DNA of 64,000 nucleotides from a bacterium (GTDB lineage Bacteria; Patescibacteriota; Saccharimonadia; Saccharimonadales; JAUPVS01): NCBI GenBank assembly GCA_029780855.1, contig JAKOXV010000003.1, positions 84,953 to 148,952 of the forward strand, read 5' to 3'. Shown piece by piece: positions 63,621 to 64,000 of this stretch (position 1 is its first letter; each line of letters starts with the position of its first letter). The notes under the pieces were generated by a model. It saw only the letters and a program-made list of their open reading frames with translations, ran no database searches and was not told where the DNA came from. The position numbers and the translations under genes were made by a program.

Positions 63621-64000
63621 ATGTACAATACGCTTATGCAACCTGGGGATACGATTACGCCCGGCTCCATACAACCTGAAGAGCCGCAAAACACTCCAAG
63701 TCCTGCAACCGAACAGGTGCCGGATTCTTCCCCGCCTACTCCAAGTGAACCAGAACGAACCCCAGAATCTTCGCCAAGTTTTTACCGAACCGAAGCAGAG
63801 CCTGGTATGCCGGCAGTAGCGCCTGGTGAGCCAGTTAGTTGGACGGCGTCAGAGTTTATTGACCATCAAAAAACACCCAGTTGGTACCTCGGTTTAGCAG
63901 CGGTCACGGTAGTGGCGATGGGCCTGGTATATGTTTTAACGCGGGACTATATCTCTACGGGTGTTATTGGTACGGTAGCGATACTGTTTGGGGTGATTGC
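63621..64000 (+). CDS. hypothetical membrane protein, N-terminal part only (runs off the right edge)
   Basis: Frame is open from the ATG at 63621 to the window end. MYNTLMQPGDTITPG... has a Pro/Glu/Ser-rich N-terminus followed by TM helices (WYLGLAAVTVVAMGLVYVL). It is absent from the ORF track because no stop falls in the window. Confidence 0.45.
   Translation, partial: MYNTLMQPGDTITPGSIQPEEPQNTPSPATEQVPDSSPPTPSEPERTPESSPSFYRTEAEPGMPAVAPGEPVSWTASEFIDHQKTPSWYLGLAAVTVVAMGLVYVLTRDYISTGVIGTVAILFGVI

Noticed and set aside
1-64000. Alternative genetic code (UGA recoding as in some CPR lineages), CRISPR arrays, rRNA genes
   Set aside because: Long ORFs are intact under the standard bacterial code, and TGA clearly terminates well-defined genes (for example at 6196-6198, 26587-26589 and 30025-30027). 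I found no array of short regularly spaced repeats and no rRNA-like sequence.

Overview
The window looks like a core chromosomal segment of a small-genome monoderm bacterium. Gene content suggests Patescibacteria/CPR, possibly Saccharibacteria, but that is a guess made without any database search. It has four parts. (1) ~1.6-34.3 kb is a very large cell-surface glycan locus. It holds UppP, a GtrA-like protein, an O-antigen-ligase-like protein, an initiating phosphoglycosyl transferase, about 10 glycosyltransferases and a Wzx-like flippase. It also has a Wzm/Wzt ABC exporter next to a coiled-coil methyltransferase, two giant putative GT-C paralogues, and nucleotide-sugar genes (Ugd, UXS-like, ManC-like, PMM-like, Gmd, Rmd-like, ColD-like). 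(2) 34.3-37.4 kb encodes a cutinase-like, C-terminally anchored surface protein. (3) 37.5-43.7 kb is the replication-origin neighbourhood: jag-yidC-rnpA-rpmH diverging from dnaA-dnaN-recF, with DnaA-box clusters on both sides of dnaA. (4) 43.7-61.3 kb is the most interesting part, a chromosomal monoderm-type type IV secretion-like locus. It has a VirB4 ATPase, PrgI/VirB3-like and VirB6/TrbL-like proteins, a three-domain peptidoglycan hydrolase, and a 1009-aa membrane protein ending in an SGNH hydrolase. These diverge from an operon of six tandem VirB2/TrbC-like pilin paralogues. No coupling protein, relaxase or integrase is visible. The right end carries hsp20, comF, and two tRNA-Ser genes, each followed by a direct repeat of its own 3' end. 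No CRISPR array, rRNA or intact mobile element was seen. All functional calls come from motif recognition by eye and none has been checked against a database.
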